Shown one piece after another: positions 1 through 10,542 of a stretch of DNA of 64,000 nt. The position numbers were made by a program, and so were the translations under genes. The notes under the pieces were generated by a model. It ran no database searches and was not told the DNA's origin. It saw only the letters and a program-made list of their open reading frames with translations. Each line of letters opens with the position of its first letter. The first letter of the stretch is position 1. This DNA is from Syntrophales bacterium (GTDB taxonomy: Bacteria > Desulfobacterota > Syntrophia > Syntrophales > UBA2210): positions 1,312,001-1,376,000 of the forward strand of contig CAXXKT010000001.1 of assembly GCA_963662405.2 (NCBI GenBank). Reading direction: 5' to 3'.

Positions 1-1681
1 CGGGGCTTTTTTGCAGCAGCGGCAAAGATACTTCAACCTCGGGTCCATTGCGGTTCACTTTGACAACAGGGAGGAGGATCTTTTCCTGAAGGCCCCTGAA
101 AATCCGGATATCCTTCCACCCCGCTTCTCTCCCCGGGTGTTGGAAGATGCCTTCATGGGAAAGGATCTCTCGATTGTCAGTTCCGTCGGGGGAGGGGATA
201 TCATAAGCGGAATAGCACCGATCTATTCCAATTTCAGCCCGAAAGAGGTCATTGGGGTGATTGCCGCCAGTTATTATATAGACAAAGAGTTGATTGCAAA
301 GATGGCGGTTATTTCCAAGACATCGGAGGAATACAAGCAAATCAGTCTCCTTAAGGAACCGATAAAGATTAATTATATCATAACACTCTTTATCGTTACC
401 CTACTGATTGTTTTTTCCTCAATGTGGTTCGGGCTTTTCCTGGCCAAGGGAATCACGGTTCCCGTACAGGAACTTGCCGAGGCCACCCGTGAGGTAGCCC
501 ACGGCAACCTCGATTACCACATCGATGCCCTGGCGGAGGATGAGATCGGGGTGCTGGCGGACTCCTTTAATCAGATGACGAAGGATCTCAAAGAGAGCAG
601 TCTCGAATTGAAGCAGGTCAATACGGATCTCGATCAGCGCAGGAAATACATGGAGACCGTTCTTCGGAATGTGTCGGCCGGTGTTGTTTCCATCAACAAT
701 GACAATGTGGTCAGTACGATAAACCGCGCTGCGGAAAAGATGCTGGGGATAAAGGGTGAGGAGATTCTCAATAGGAGATACGAGGACGTTTTGCAACCGG
801 AACACATGAAGTTGGTAGAAGAACTCCTTGAGGACCTCCATGCAAATGAGGGGAGCTTTGTCGAACGGCAGCTTCAACTGATAGTCAAGGATAGTGTGAT
901 CGCAATCCTGGTATCGGCTACGATACTGAGGGATGATGAGGACAACTATCTGGGGGTCGTTGCCGTTTTTGAAGATATCACGCAACTCCAAAAATCCGAA
1001 CGTATCGCCGCGTGGAGGGAAGCAGCCAAACGGATAGCTCATGAGATCAAGAATCCCCTGACGCCCGTCAAGCTGAGTGCCGAGAGGCTGCAGCGTAAAT
1101 ACGGGGACAAGATAGTGGGGGAGAAGGACCCGGTATTTCATGAATGCACGAAGACCATCATCAATCAGGTTGAAATATTGAAGAATCTGGTCAATGAATT
1201 CTCGCAGTTTGCGCGGATGCCCGTAACAAATCCCACCCCGAACGATCTGAATGCGGTTGTCGAAGACTCCGTGATCCTTTTCCAGGATGCCCACAAGGAT
1301 GTCACCTTCGATTTTCACAAAGATCCCGGCCTCCCGGTTATCAATATCGATGAACAGCAGATCAAAAGGGTGATGGTAAACCTGTTGGACAATGCGGTTG
1401 CAGCCGTTTCGATGGTCGACCACGATGGAAAGGTTGAAATCAGAACCCAGTATGATACATCTCACCGAAGGATCGGATTGGAAGTCAGGGACAACGGTCT
1501 CGGTATCTCCCCGGAGGATAAGATGAGACTGTTTGAACCGTATTTTTCTACCAAGAAAGCAGGGACCGGTCTGGGGCTGGTTATCGTGAGTTCCATCATT
1601 TCAGATCATAACGGTTCCGTTAATATCATGGACAATATACAGGGAGGAACTGTCGTATCAATTGAACTCCCTGTAGCATAG
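1..1681 (+). CDS. ntrY: NtrY-like sensor histidine kinase (TM-HAMP-PAS-HisKA-HATPase), 5'-truncated by window edge
   Basis: H-box AWREAAKRIAHEIKNPLTP, N-box NLLDNA, G-boxes DNGLGI/GTGLGL, HAMP DEIGVLADSFNQMT; frame is open to the window start. Confidence 0.85.
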   Translation, partial: GAFLQQRQRYFNLGSIAVHFDNREEDLFLKAPENPDILPPRFSPRVLEDAFMGKDLSIVSSVGGGDIISGIAPIYSNFSPKEVIGVIAASYYIDKELIAKMAVISKTSEEYKQISLLKEPIKINYIITLFIVTLLIVFSSMWFGLFLAKGITVPVQELAEATREVAHGNLDYHIDALAEDEIGVLADSFNQMTKDLKESSLELKQVNTDLDQRRKYMETVLRNVSAGVVSINNDNVVSTINRAAEKMLGIKGEEILNRRYEDVLQPEHMKLVEELLEDLHANEGSFVERQLQLIVKDSVIAILVSATILRDDEDNYLGVVAVFEDITQLQKSERIAAWREAAKRIAHEIKNPLTPVKLSAERLQRKYGDKIVGEKDPVFHECTKTIINQVEILKNLVNEFSQFARMPVTNPTPNDLNAVVEDSVILFQDAHKDVTFDFHKDPGLPVINIDEQQIKRVMVNLLDNAVAAVSMVDHDGKVEIRTQYDTSHRRIGLEVRDNGLGISPEDKMRLFEPYFSTKKAGTGLGLVIVSSIISDHNGSVNIMDNIQGGTVVSIELPVA

Positions 1682-1688
1682 GAGAAAC

Positions 1689-3053
1689 ATGAACGAGACA
1701 ATACTGGTTGTGGATGATGAAGAGAGCATCTGTCAGTCTTTGAAGGGGATTCTTTCAGATGAAGGGTACGAAGTGGTGACCGTGCAGAGTGGGGAAGAGT
1801 GCCTTGACATTATCGGTGAGGAGCTTCCCAATCTTGTGCTCCTCGACATCTGGCTCCCGGGAATTGACGGTATTGAAACCCTGAAACAGATCAAGGCAAA
1901 ACATCCTCAGATACAGGTAATCATGATATCCGGTCATGGGACGGTCGAATCGGCGGTGACGACGACAAAGTTGGGGGCATTCGATTTTGTGGAAAAGCCA
2001 CTCTCTCTCGACAAGATCGTTCTAACCGTCAATCATGCCCTGGACATTGCGCGTCTGGAAGAGGAAAATCGGTTGTTAAAGAATGGACAGGGGCACGAAA
2101 TCGACGGGGAAAGCAGATCGATTATTGAGTTGAGAGAGATGATCCAGATCATCGCACCCACCAATGCGTGGATCCTGATTATGGGTGAAAATGGGACGGG
2201 CAAAGAACTCGTTGCCCGATCGATACACCGCCTGAGCCGTCGTTCCGCGAGACCATTTATCGAAGTCAATTGTGCCGCCATCCCCGAGGATCTGATCGAA
2301 AGCGAGCTGTTCGGTCATGAACGGGGGGCCTTTACCGGGGCCACGGAGAAAAGGAAGGGGAAGTTTGATCTTGCAAACAAAGGAACGATCTTCCTCGATG
2401 AGGTTGCCGATATGAGCCTGAAGGCGCAGGCAAAGATCCTTCGCATTCTCCAGGAAAAAAAATTTGAGCGGGTAGGGGGAGCACGGATTATCGACACCGA
2501 TGTCAGGGTTTTAGCAGCGACCAACAAGGACCTGGAATATGAGATGGAGGAAGGACGTTTCAGACAGGATCTGTACTATCGGTTGAATGTCATACCGCTT
2601 GAGGTCCCTCCCCTCAGAGACAGGATTGAGGATGTTTCCCTCCTTGCCCGCCGGTTTATCAGGGATTTTTCGCGCAAGGAGTCGAAAACGGAGAAAGAAC
2701 TCACCGATGAGGCCCTCGCCATTCTCATGGAACATGACTGGCCCGGTAATGTACGAGAATTGAAGAACATTATGGAACGATTGGTCATTACATCGCCAAC
2801 GGACACCATTGGTGTTGATGATATCCCACCCCTCGCCCGAGAAACCCAGGGTTTAAGGCACGGTACTCCCCCCGGCGATGACGATTCATTCAGGGGGGCA
2901 AAAGAGGTGTTCGAAAGGGATTATATCGCCAAGAAACTGGCAGAAAACAAGTGGAACATAAAAAAAACGGCTGAGGTGATCGGTCTGGAAAGGAGCAATC
3001 TCCACAAAAAAATCAAGACATACGGCATCAAGGAAATAAAAAACAAGAGATAG
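1689..3053 (+). CDS. ntrX: NtrX-like sigma-54-dependent response regulator (REC-AAA+-Fis HTH)
   Basis: LLDIWLPG receiver, GENGTGKE Walker A, GAFTGA loop, C-terminal HTH; directly follows ntrY. Confidence 0.85.
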   Translation: MNETILVVDDEESICQSLKGILSDEGYEVVTVQSGEECLDIIGEELPNLVLLDIWLPGIDGIETLKQIKAKHPQIQVIMISGHGTVESAVTTTKLGAFDFVEKPLSLDKIVLTVNHALDIARLEEENRLLKNGQGHEIDGESRSIIELREMIQIIAPTNAWILIMGENGTGKELVARSIHRLSRRSARPFIEVNCAAIPEDLIESELFGHERGAFTGATEKRKGKFDLANKGTIFLDEVADMSLKAQAKILRILQEKKFERVGGARIIDTDVRVLAATNKDLEYEMEEGRFRQDLYYRLNVIPLEVPPLRDRIEDVSLLARRFIRDFSRKESKTEKELTDEALAILMEHDWPGNVRELKNIMERLVITSPTDTIGVDDIPPLARETQGLRHGTPPGDDDSFRGAKEVFERDYIAKKLAENKWNIKKTAEVIGLERSNLHKKIKTYGIKEIKNKR

Positions 3054-3115
3054 AAAATCCTTGTTCATCTTCCCGTTGGATACGAATCCGATTCAACCCG
3101 CGGGTGGCTTTCCCC

Positions 3116-4102
3116 TCACGTCTCTTGGTCGACAGAGAACCGGCGTTTCATATCTAACAGGGAGAAGCGGTTAAAGGGGAGGGAGACGACTCCCAGGACG
3201 GTAATGATACCGATACTCAGAAAATGGAGGACGATGGCATAGATGAGCGCGTCGGTCTTGTGAATGCCGAACAGGCCGAGACCGAGCACGCAGAAAAAAT
3301 GCCAATTTCCGACGAATCCCGGTGCGGTTGGGATGGCGATGCCCATGACGATAACGACCATGAGAACAAAAGCGGCCGGTAGCGGCAGCGCAATCTCAAA
3401 CGCGAAGAAGAGAAGGTACATCACCACCGCGTTAATCACCCATATTGTTATGGAGAGCAATGCCACGTAGCACATGGATCTTCCGTTTGGGAGGATCTTG
3501 AATCCATCGATAAGGTTTCCCGTAAATCCTTCCAGCCCGACATGCCATTTCTTCGGAAATATTCTCAGAAGGGGTGTCAGCACATTGAGAGCCCCTTTTT
3601 TCCTGAAGATAAGAACGGCCATGAGACCGAAGAGCGCGAGGGTGAGACAGAGAAGGAAGACGCTGCCCCTGATCAGCCAGGGGGGGAGCGGCGTGAATAG
3701 AAAGACGGCAAAGAACAGCGCAAAAATGCTCAGGCTGTCAAAGACACGTTCCACCAGGATGGTTCCCAGTGCCGAAGAGAGGCTGGCCCCGGTCTTGGTA
3801 CTCACGAGGTAGGGGCGCGCAAATTCGCCGATCCGTGCAGGAATGGCAACCATAGCGAGAAAACCGAGGTTACTCACGGGAAAGAGTGAGGACTGGCCTA
3901 TGGCCATGATGGGTTTCAGTATGATTCCCCACCGATATGACCTGAGTACTTGAATGATAACCAAGAGGACCAGGGCCGGCGGCACATACCAGAGCTTCGC
4001 ACGTTTCAGTCCCGTGCCGATCCCCTCGAGATCAACTCCTTTCAGGGAAAGATAGACAAAAAACAGACCGACGGCAATTCCCAACAGCACTTTTTTAACC
4101 AT
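3116..4102 (-). CDS. Lysylphosphatidylglycerol synthase TM / flippase-like (UPF0104) membrane protein
   Basis: Multi-TM protein with RSYRW, PARIGEFAR, ERVFD and PTAPGFVG motifs. Confidence 0.8.
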   Translation of the reverse strand: MVKKVLLGIAVGLFFVYLSLKGVDLEGIGTGLKRAKLWYVPPALVLLVIIQVLRSYRWGIILKPIMAIGQSSLFPVSNLGFLAMVAIPARIGEFARPYLVSTKTGASLSSALGTILVERVFDSLSIFALFFAVFLFTPLPPWLIRGSVFLLCLTLALFGLMAVLIFRKKGALNVLTPLLRIFPKKWHVGLEGFTGNLIDGFKILPNGRSMCYVALLSITIWVINAVVMYLLFFAFEIALPLPAAFVLMVVIVMGIAIPTAPGFVGNWHFFCVLGLGLFGIHKTDALIYAIVLHFLSIGIITVLGVVSLPFNRFSLLDMKRRFSVDQET

Positions 4103-4184
4103 AGATCAGGCGGCTCTTCAAACGGTGATGAGGATTGGTGTATGCCCGGTACCAGATCGCATCCGGCACATCCGGGGTACGATG

Positions 4185-4580
4185 CTATTCAGACAGGTAG
4201 GCAGCCACCTTATCATGGAGGCGTTGTGACGCCACTTTGTTGCCGAACACGCCGACGCGAATGGACACCGTGGTCAGGTCCTTTGCCTTATATTCGACAG
4301 TGAACCACGCCCACTCGCCGTCTATGACGGCTTCTATGCTGCCTTTGCTTATCTCCTTTTCGGGGGACACATCGGTCGCGTTCATATGGGCGACGGTCTT
4401 TTCACAGGCGGTCCAGGTCTTATCAAACGGGTAGGGGTAATCGGTCTTCAAATCACCGTTGATGTAAAGGTACGCCCCGGTTCCTCCACTAAGGGCTGCC
4501 CCACCTATTAAAACAGGCGCACAGGCCAACAGTACGCTGGTGCCTCCCACCACAAGCAAGAGTAAAAGCGCTCTTTTCAT
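4185..4580 (-). CDS. Small lipoprotein, DUF3568-like
   Basis: Lipobox LLAC, Gly-rich N-terminus, C-terminal TTVSIRVGVFGNKVAS. Confidence 0.65.
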   Translation of the reverse strand: MKRALLLLLVVGGTSVLLACAPVLIGGAALSGGTGAYLYINGDLKTDYPYPFDKTWTACEKTVAHMNATDVSPEKEISKGSIEAVIDGEWAWFTVEYKAKDLTTVSIRVGVFGNKVASQRLHDKVAAYLSE

Positions 4581-4845
4581 ACCAGTATCCTCTCGATGTT
4601 ATTATTCCCCTGGTCTATTCCCGGTTCTTCCACCTACACCACCCACCAGCAGCCTTTTACCATATTCGCCCCCAACATTAAACCGGAAATGCCGATGCAA
4701 GGGGTGATAATCTCCCCGTGCGGCGCAGGGTCCTTTCTCTCTGTCGATCACGGGATAACGGCGCGTTTGTTCAGGATGTGATGGCACCGTGACATCATCT
4801 TTAATCTCTTTGACCATTTCTCTTTTCTGGTGTAAACGATTCGGC

Positions 4846-5745
4846 ATGAAGGTTCTCAGACTCCTTATGATCATGTTGCTCGTGTTGTCAATGATGGCAC
4901 CTGTTTCTCTGGATGCCTTCTCGATATCCGCGCCAACCGAGGACGGAATCGTGAGGGTTAGCTCGGAATATCGAAAAATCGGCCAAGGAGAGATCATCAA
5001 GATCACCCTTACACCCCCTGAAGCCGCCTCTGCACGCTTATCCTTTGACGGGAAGATATTCTCGTTTGTTTCGAACGGAAAAGGAGTGACTCTCTTTACT
5101 CTGCTTCCGCTCCGAGTCGACATGGAGCCGGGAGATTATGACGCCGTCATTCGTCTGGAACCGTTTTGCGGCTCCTCCAGAGAGATTCCTTTCAAGCTTG
5201 CCCTACCCAGGGGAATATTTCCCTCCACGAGGATACACGTTGCCCGCCGCTTCACCAGCCCCAGTCCGGAGGATCTCAAGAGAATGCATGATGATGAAGC
5301 ACTTCTCGACCGTATATATGAAAAATCCGTTCCCGCGTGGCTGGGCGCCGGCACATTTGTCATGCCCCTCAAGGGACCCGTATCCGGTGTGTTCGGAGAG
5401 CAGAGAATGTTCAATAACGAGGTGATGTCACGGCACCGGGGAGTCGATATCCGTGCCCCCCGAGGCGCCCCCGTTAAGGCCTCCAACGCGGGGCGTGTTG
5501 CCTTGGCTCGGAATCTGTACTTCGCAGGGAATACCGTTATTCTCGACCATGGGATCGGTCTGTTTTCAATGTACTGTCACCTGTCAAAGATCGTTGTGCG
5601 AGAGGGAACGGTGCTCGATTCAGGGACAGTCCTTGGATATGTCGGTTCGACCGGGAGGTCTACCGGCCCGCATTTACACTGGGGGATGAGGCTGGCCGGT
5701 GATTATGTCGATCCCCTGTCGGTGCTGCATCTCTCTTTTGATTAA
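4846..5745 (+). CDS. M23-family metallopeptidase (secreted)
   Basis: HRGVD (HxxxD) and GPHLHW (HxH) Zn motifs; signal peptide from ATG 4846. Confidence 0.9.
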   Translation: MKVLRLLMIMLLVLSMMAPVSLDAFSISAPTEDGIVRVSSEYRKIGQGEIIKITLTPPEAASARLSFDGKIFSFVSNGKGVTLFTLLPLRVDMEPGDYDAVIRLEPFCGSSREIPFKLALPRGIFPSTRIHVARRFTSPSPEDLKRMHDDEALLDRIYEKSVPAWLGAGTFVMPLKGPVSGVFGEQRMFNNEVMSRHRGVDIRAPRGAPVKASNAGRVALARNLYFAGNTVILDHGIGLFSMYCHLSKIVVREGTVLDSGTVLGYVGSTGRSTGPHLHWGMRLAGDYVDPLSVLHLSFD

Positions 5746-5756
5746 AAGGGGTAGCG

Positions 5757-7157
5757 CTATGCCTTCGATGGCATGACGCCATCGAAACATTGGAGGCACA
5801 GATTGCCTCGGGGAATAAGAAGGGATGCCACAAAGGCATCCATGGTGTTAAATTTGACGGAATCCGCACCGATCGTACGGGCAATCCATCGTTCCAGACC
5901 CACCAGATCATCCATCGACATAATATCACCCGCCTTGATATGCTTTCGAGCCAGCAATTCTCCTTCGGAGCGAGTGGAGATCCCGAAGGCGCAGGGATAC
6001 ATGAGGGGGGGGCAGGCAACCCGGACATGAACCTCTTGTGCCCCTGCTTTTTTGAGGTCCCTGACCTTGTTGAGGATCTGGGTCCCTCGGACGACTGAAT
6101 CGTCGCAGAGAACAACCTTTTTCCCTTTTACATAGGGGAGAACGGACAATTTTCGTTTGGCCATTTTCTCACGGGCAACCTGAGTAATCTGGGTATAACT
6201 GCGATCGGCGTACCGATTGTAGAGGAACACATCCTGGTAACTGATCCCCGATCGCCGGTGATATCCGAGAGCATGTCCGACGCCAGACATCGGAACAGGG
6301 GCGACGATATCGGCCTCCAGACCTCCTTCATCGATATCCCGTTGGGCGAGGCTCTCTCCGAGGTTGTTTCGCGCCTCTTGTACGTAGACACCGTCTATGA
6401 TCGAATCGATACTTGCGGTGTACGCCCATTCGAAGGCGCAGTGTGCCGTGCGCGGTGCATCCAGTTGTTTTACGGTCTGGAAACCCTCATTGTTGATCAA
6501 GACGATTTCTCCCGGGGCAACATCCCTGACGACCTCCATCTCCATATTTTGAATAGCCCGTGATTCGGAGCTTACGGCATAACGCTCGGTGTCTCCGCCC
6601 AGGATGAGCGGTCTAAATCCATAGGTATCCCTCGTTGCGTAGATACCTTCTCCGGTGAGGACAACCAGCGAGTACGATCCTTCAATCTTATTTGCAATGG
6701 CGGATATCCCCTTTGCGATATCGCCCTCTCCTTCTTCAATAATAATCTTGGAGAGTATCTCGATGTCGTATCCTTTGTAGAACGATTTGCCCCGGTTCAT
6801 CATTTCTTTGAGGAGTTTGTCGCCGTTGATGATGTTGCCGCTGAAGGCGACCGATATCTCCCCGGCACGGGTCAACCATTTCATGGGTTGACGGTCCCGC
6901 AGACTGACATGCCCGATTCCCCACGTGCCCGTCAGACTCCGCAGCTCTTCCCCCGTGAACCGGTTGGTAACCCTTCCATGGTGGGTTACATGTTTGACTT
7001 CCATGTCAAAAGTGGATATGCCGCAGTATTCCTGCCCCCGGTGCTGGAGGAAATCCAGTCCCTGGTAGATGTCATCCACACAAGGTCCCGTTGAATATAT
7101 CCCGAATACACCGCAATTTTCCTCTATGAATTTCATGACACAGGCCTTTCTTTCCAT
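5757..7157 (-). CDS. purF: Amidophosphoribosyltransferase (PurF)-like, divergent, Fe-S type
   Basis: Propeptide-EENCGVFG Ntn start, LQHRGQE, RDTYGFRPL, DDSVVRGT PRPP loop, Fe-S cysteines HCAFE/CAFG/CLQC; several catalytic motifs diverged (see findings). Confidence 0.75.
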   Translation of the reverse strand: MERKACVMKFIEENCGVFGIYSTGPCVDDIYQGLDFLQHRGQEYCGISTFDMEVKHVTHHGRVTNRFTGEELRSLTGTWGIGHVSLRDRQPMKWLTRAGEISVAFSGNIINGDKLLKEMMNRGKSFYKGYDIEILSKIIIEEGEGDIAKGISAIANKIEGSYSLVVLTGEGIYATRDTYGFRPLILGGDTERYAVSSESRAIQNMEMEVVRDVAPGEIVLINNEGFQTVKQLDAPRTAHCAFEWAYTASIDSIIDGVYVQEARNNLGESLAQRDIDEGGLEADIVAPVPMSGVGHALGYHRRSGISYQDVFLYNRYADRSYTQITQVAREKMAKRKLSVLPYVKGKKVVLCDDSVVRGTQILNKVRDLKKAGAQEVHVRVACPPLMYPCAFGISTRSEGELLARKHIKAGDIMSMDDLVGLERWIARTIGADSVKFNTMDAFVASLLIPRGNLCLQCFDGVMPSKA

Positions 7158-7260
7158 CTCGAAGAGATACGAGTAACCACACTTGCGGTGCCGCGATCAT
7201 GCCGTTCACATGCCTGTTGCATGACGAACCGAAGGATAGCCGAAGTTGTGGAAAGCACCG

Positions 7261-10200
7261 TCATCTCATGTCCGCATGGTAGTCTTGGAGCGACTTCACA
7301 CGTCCGTGATCCTTCCGTATGGCGGCAATCCCTCTGACGGCGGCAAGGGCCGCGGCAGCCGTGGTTATGTAAGGGATCTTGTATCGAATGGCGGTTTTCC
7401 GAATGTATGAATCGTCGTACTTGCTCATCCTGCCGCTCGGGGTATTGATGACGAGTTGAACTTCCCGGTTTTTTATCCCGTCGGTTATATTGGGTCGTCC
7501 CTCGTGCAGCTTGAGTATCAGTTCCGAAGTGATTCCGTGATTCGCTAAAAACTGGTTGGTTCCCCTGGTGGTTTTCAATGTGAAGCCAAGCTTTTCAAAT
7601 TCCCGTGCCACGTCGAGAATAGCAGACTTGTCGTCGTCATATGCGGTGATCAGGACCGCGCCCTCCTCGGGGAGCATCTGCCCGGTGGCCTCCTGCGCCT
7701 TGAAGAAGGCCAGCCCGAAGGAATCTGCCATTCCAAGGACCTCTCCCGTTGATCGCATCTCCGGGCCGAGGAGGGGGTCGACCTCTTGAAACATATTGAA
7801 GGGGAAGACGGCTTCCTTGACGCCAAAGTGTTGTATCTGTGCCTCCTCAAGGTGGAGATCCTTCAGTTTCTTGCCCAGCATGAGCTGTGTGGCGATTCGC
7901 GCCATCGATATGTTGCAGACCTTTGAAACCAGCGGAACCGTTCGGGACGCCCGCGGATTGGCCTCAAGGATATAGACGACATCATCCATGATGGCGTACT
8001 GGATATTCATTAACCCTACGACCTGGAGCTCCCGGGCGATCTTCTGCGTGTATTCGGAGATAGTGGCCATCGCTGCATTAGAAAGGCTGACGGGAGGAAT
8101 CGCACAGGCGGAATCCCCCGAGTGGACGCCGGCCAGTTCGATATGTTCCATGATCGACGGGATGAAGACGTCCGTTCCATCGGAGATGGCGTCGGCCTCC
8201 ACCTCGATGGCATTTTCCAGAAACTTGTCGATCAAGATGGGTCTCTCGGGGGTGACGTCGACGGCGGCCGCGAGGTAGCGTTTCAACATCTCCTCGTCAT
8301 GGACCACCTCCATGCCGCGCCCTCCCAGGACGTACGATGGTCTGACCATCAGGGGGTAGCCGATTTCTTGAGCGATATCGAGGGCTTCTCCCAAGGTGCT
8401 CGCCATTCCCGATTTCGGCTCCGGTATCCCCAGTTTCTCCATTACCTTCCGGAAACGATCGCGGTCTTCCGCCAGGTCGATCATCTCCGGTGAGGTGCCG
8501 ATGATCTTTACGCCTGCGGCGGCCAACTCGTTCGCGATATTCAAGGGGGTCTGTCCACCGAACTGTACGATGACCCCTTCCGGTTGCTCCTTTTCGTAGA
8601 TGCTTAAGACATCTTCCACGGTCAAGGGCTCGAAGTAGAGCTTGTCCGAGGTGTCATAATCGGTGGAAACTGTCTCGGGATTGCAGTTTACCATGATTGC
8701 CTCAAGACCTTCATCCTTGATGGCGAAGGCGGCGTGAACGCAGCAGTAATCGAATTCTATCCCCTGCCCAATGCGATTTGGCCCCCCACCAAGAACGATG
8801 ATCTTTTTCCGGTCGGTTGATGGCACTTTGTCCGGCGTATTGTAGGTTGAAAAGTAGTATGCCGCATCCTCGACGCCGCTGACGGGGACCGGTTCCCACC
8901 CTTCGACAACACCCAAGGAGATACGTCGCTGGCGAATTTCCTCTTCCTTGATAGGGAGAAGCTTCGCCAGGTAACGGTCGGCAAAACCATCCTTCTTCGC
9001 CCGGATCAAGAGGTCTTCCGACAGTGTGCCCTTTTTGCATTGCAGGATTTCCTCCTCCAGCTCGACCAGTTCTTTCATCTGCTCGATGAACCACGCCTTG
9101 ATATGGGTCTTTTCATGGAGATCATCGATGCGGGCACCCTTGCGCAGGGCCTCATACATGATGAAGTGACGCTCACTCGTCGGCCTCGAGAGGAGTCCCA
9201 TCAGCTCATCGAGAGATCGTTCATGGAAGTCCTTTGCAAAACCGAGTCCGTAGCGGTTGATCTCCAGGGAACGGATCGCCTTCTGCAGGGCCTCCTTGTA
9301 CGTCTTGCCGATGCTCATCACCTCTCCGACCGCGCGCATCTGGGTCCCGAGCTCGTCGATGGCCCCCGGGAACTTTTCAAAGGCCCAGCGGGCGAACTTG
9401 ACAACGACATAGTCACCCGAGGGGGTGTATTTGTCCAAGGTCCCCTCTCGCCAGTACGGTATCTCATCCAGGGTCAGCCCGGCCGCCAGCATTGATGAGA
9501 TGAGGGCGATGGGGAATCCGGTTGCCTTGGAGGCCAGGGCTGAAGAACGGGATGTCCGGGGGTTGATCTCTATGACAACGACCCGTCCGCTCTCCGGGTC
9601 GTGGGCGAACTGGACGTTCGTCCCTCCGATGACCTGTATTGCCTCTACGATGTCGTAGGAATATTTCTGGAGACGCCCCTGCAGTTCGGAAGAGATCGTC
9701 ATCATGGGGGCGGTGCAGAACGAATCACCGGTATGGACACCCATCGCATCGACATTCTCGATGAAGCAGACCGTGATCATTTGGTTCTTGGTGTCTCGGA
9801 CAACCTCCAATTCCAGCTCTTCCCATCCCAGGACCGATTCCTCGACCAGGATCTGACCGATCAGACTCGCGGCGATCCCTCTGCCGGCGATGGTTTGAAG
9901 TTCTTCCTTGTTGTATACCAGTCCGCCTCCGGTCCCGCCCATGGTGTATGCCGGGCGGATTACCACCGGGTACCCCAGCTCTTCGGCGATCTCCTCCGCG
10001 TCCTCCACGCTGTAGGCGGGCTTGCTCCGTGGCATCTCGATACCGAGGCTGTCCATGGTTTCCTTGAAGGCGATACGGTCTTCTCCTCGTTCAATTGCGT
10101 CGACGTTGACGCCGATGATCTGGACTCCGTACTTGTCAAGGATCCCCTTTCGAGACAGTTCCGATGTCAGGTTGAGCCCTGACTGGCCACCCAAGTTGGG

Positions 10201-10461
10201 GAGGATGGCGTCCGGACGCTCCTTCTCGATAATCTCCTCGAGATATCGGGCATTCAAAGGCTCGACGTAGGTCGCGTCGGCCGTCCCGGGGTCGGTCATG
10301 ATGGTGGCCGGATTGGAGTTGACCAGGACAATCTCATATCCCAGCTTCTTGAGGGCCTTGCATGCCTGGGTCCCCGAATAGTCAAACTCACAGGCCTGCC
10401 CGATAATGATGGGCCCCGATCCTATGATCAGTATCTTATGGATATCCGTCCGTGCGGGCAT
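7261..10461 (-). CDS. carB: Carbamoyl-phosphate synthase large subunit
   Basis: MPARTDIHKILIIGSGPIIIGQACEFDYSG, duplicated ATP-grasp, C-terminal MGS domain; start at ATG 10461 with AAGGA RBS. Confidence 0.97.
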   Translation of the reverse strand: MPARTDIHKILIIGSGPIIIGQACEFDYSGTQACKALKKLGYEIVLVNSNPATIMTDPGTADATYVEPLNARYLEEIIEKERPDAILPNLGGQSGLNLTSELSRKGILDKYGVQIIGVNVDAIERGEDRIAFKETMDSLGIEMPRSKPAYSVEDAEEIAEELGYPVVIRPAYTMGGTGGGLVYNKEELQTIAGRGIAASLIGQILVEESVLGWEELELEVVRDTKNQMITVCFIENVDAMGVHTGDSFCTAPMMTISSELQGRLQKYSYDIVEAIQVIGGTNVQFAHDPESGRVVVIEINPRTSRSSALASKATGFPIALISSMLAAGLTLDEIPYWREGTLDKYTPSGDYVVVKFARWAFEKFPGAIDELGTQMRAVGEVMSIGKTYKEALQKAIRSLEINRYGLGFAKDFHERSLDELMGLLSRPTSERHFIMYEALRKGARIDDLHEKTHIKAWFIEQMKELVELEEEILQCKKGTLSEDLLIRAKKDGFADRYLAKLLPIKEEEIRQRRISLGVVEGWEPVPVSGVEDAAYYFSTYNTPDKVPSTDRKKIIVLGGGPNRIGQGIEFDYCCVHAAFAIKDEGLEAIMVNCNPETVSTDYDTSDKLYFEPLTVEDVLSIYEKEQPEGVIVQFGGQTPLNIANELAAAGVKIIGTSPEMIDLAEDRDRFRKVMEKLGIPEPKSGMASTLGEALDIAQEIGYPLMVRPSYVLGGRGMEVVHDEEMLKRYLAAAVDVTPERPILIDKFLENAIEVEADAISDGTDVFIPSIMEHIELAGVHSGDSACAIPPVSLSNAAMATISEYTQKIARELQVVGLMNIQYAIMDDVVYILEANPRASRTVPLVSKVCNISMARIATQLMLGKKLKDLHLEEAQIQHFGVKEAVFPFNMFQEVDPLLGPEMRSTGEVLGMADSFGLAFFKAQEATGQMLPEEGAVLITAYDDDKSAILDVAREFEKLGFTLKTTRGTNQFLANHGITSELILKLHEGRPNITDGIKNREVQLVINTPSGRMSKYDDSYIRKTAIRYKIPYITTAAAALAAVRGIAAIRKDHGRVKSLQDYHADMR

Positions 10462-10513
10462 ATGATTGTGTCCTTCCACTGATTTTCTTTGCACAGCCCC
10501 TCAGGGCGCAGCG

Positions 10514-10542
10514 AGTATAGAAAAGTCCCCCTCCCCTGTCAA
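10514..10542 (-). promoter_or_regulatory. Sigma70-type promoter of the carB-purF operon
   Basis: Minus strand TTGACA-17 nt-TATACT, about 50 nt upstream of the carB start. Confidence 0.75.
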
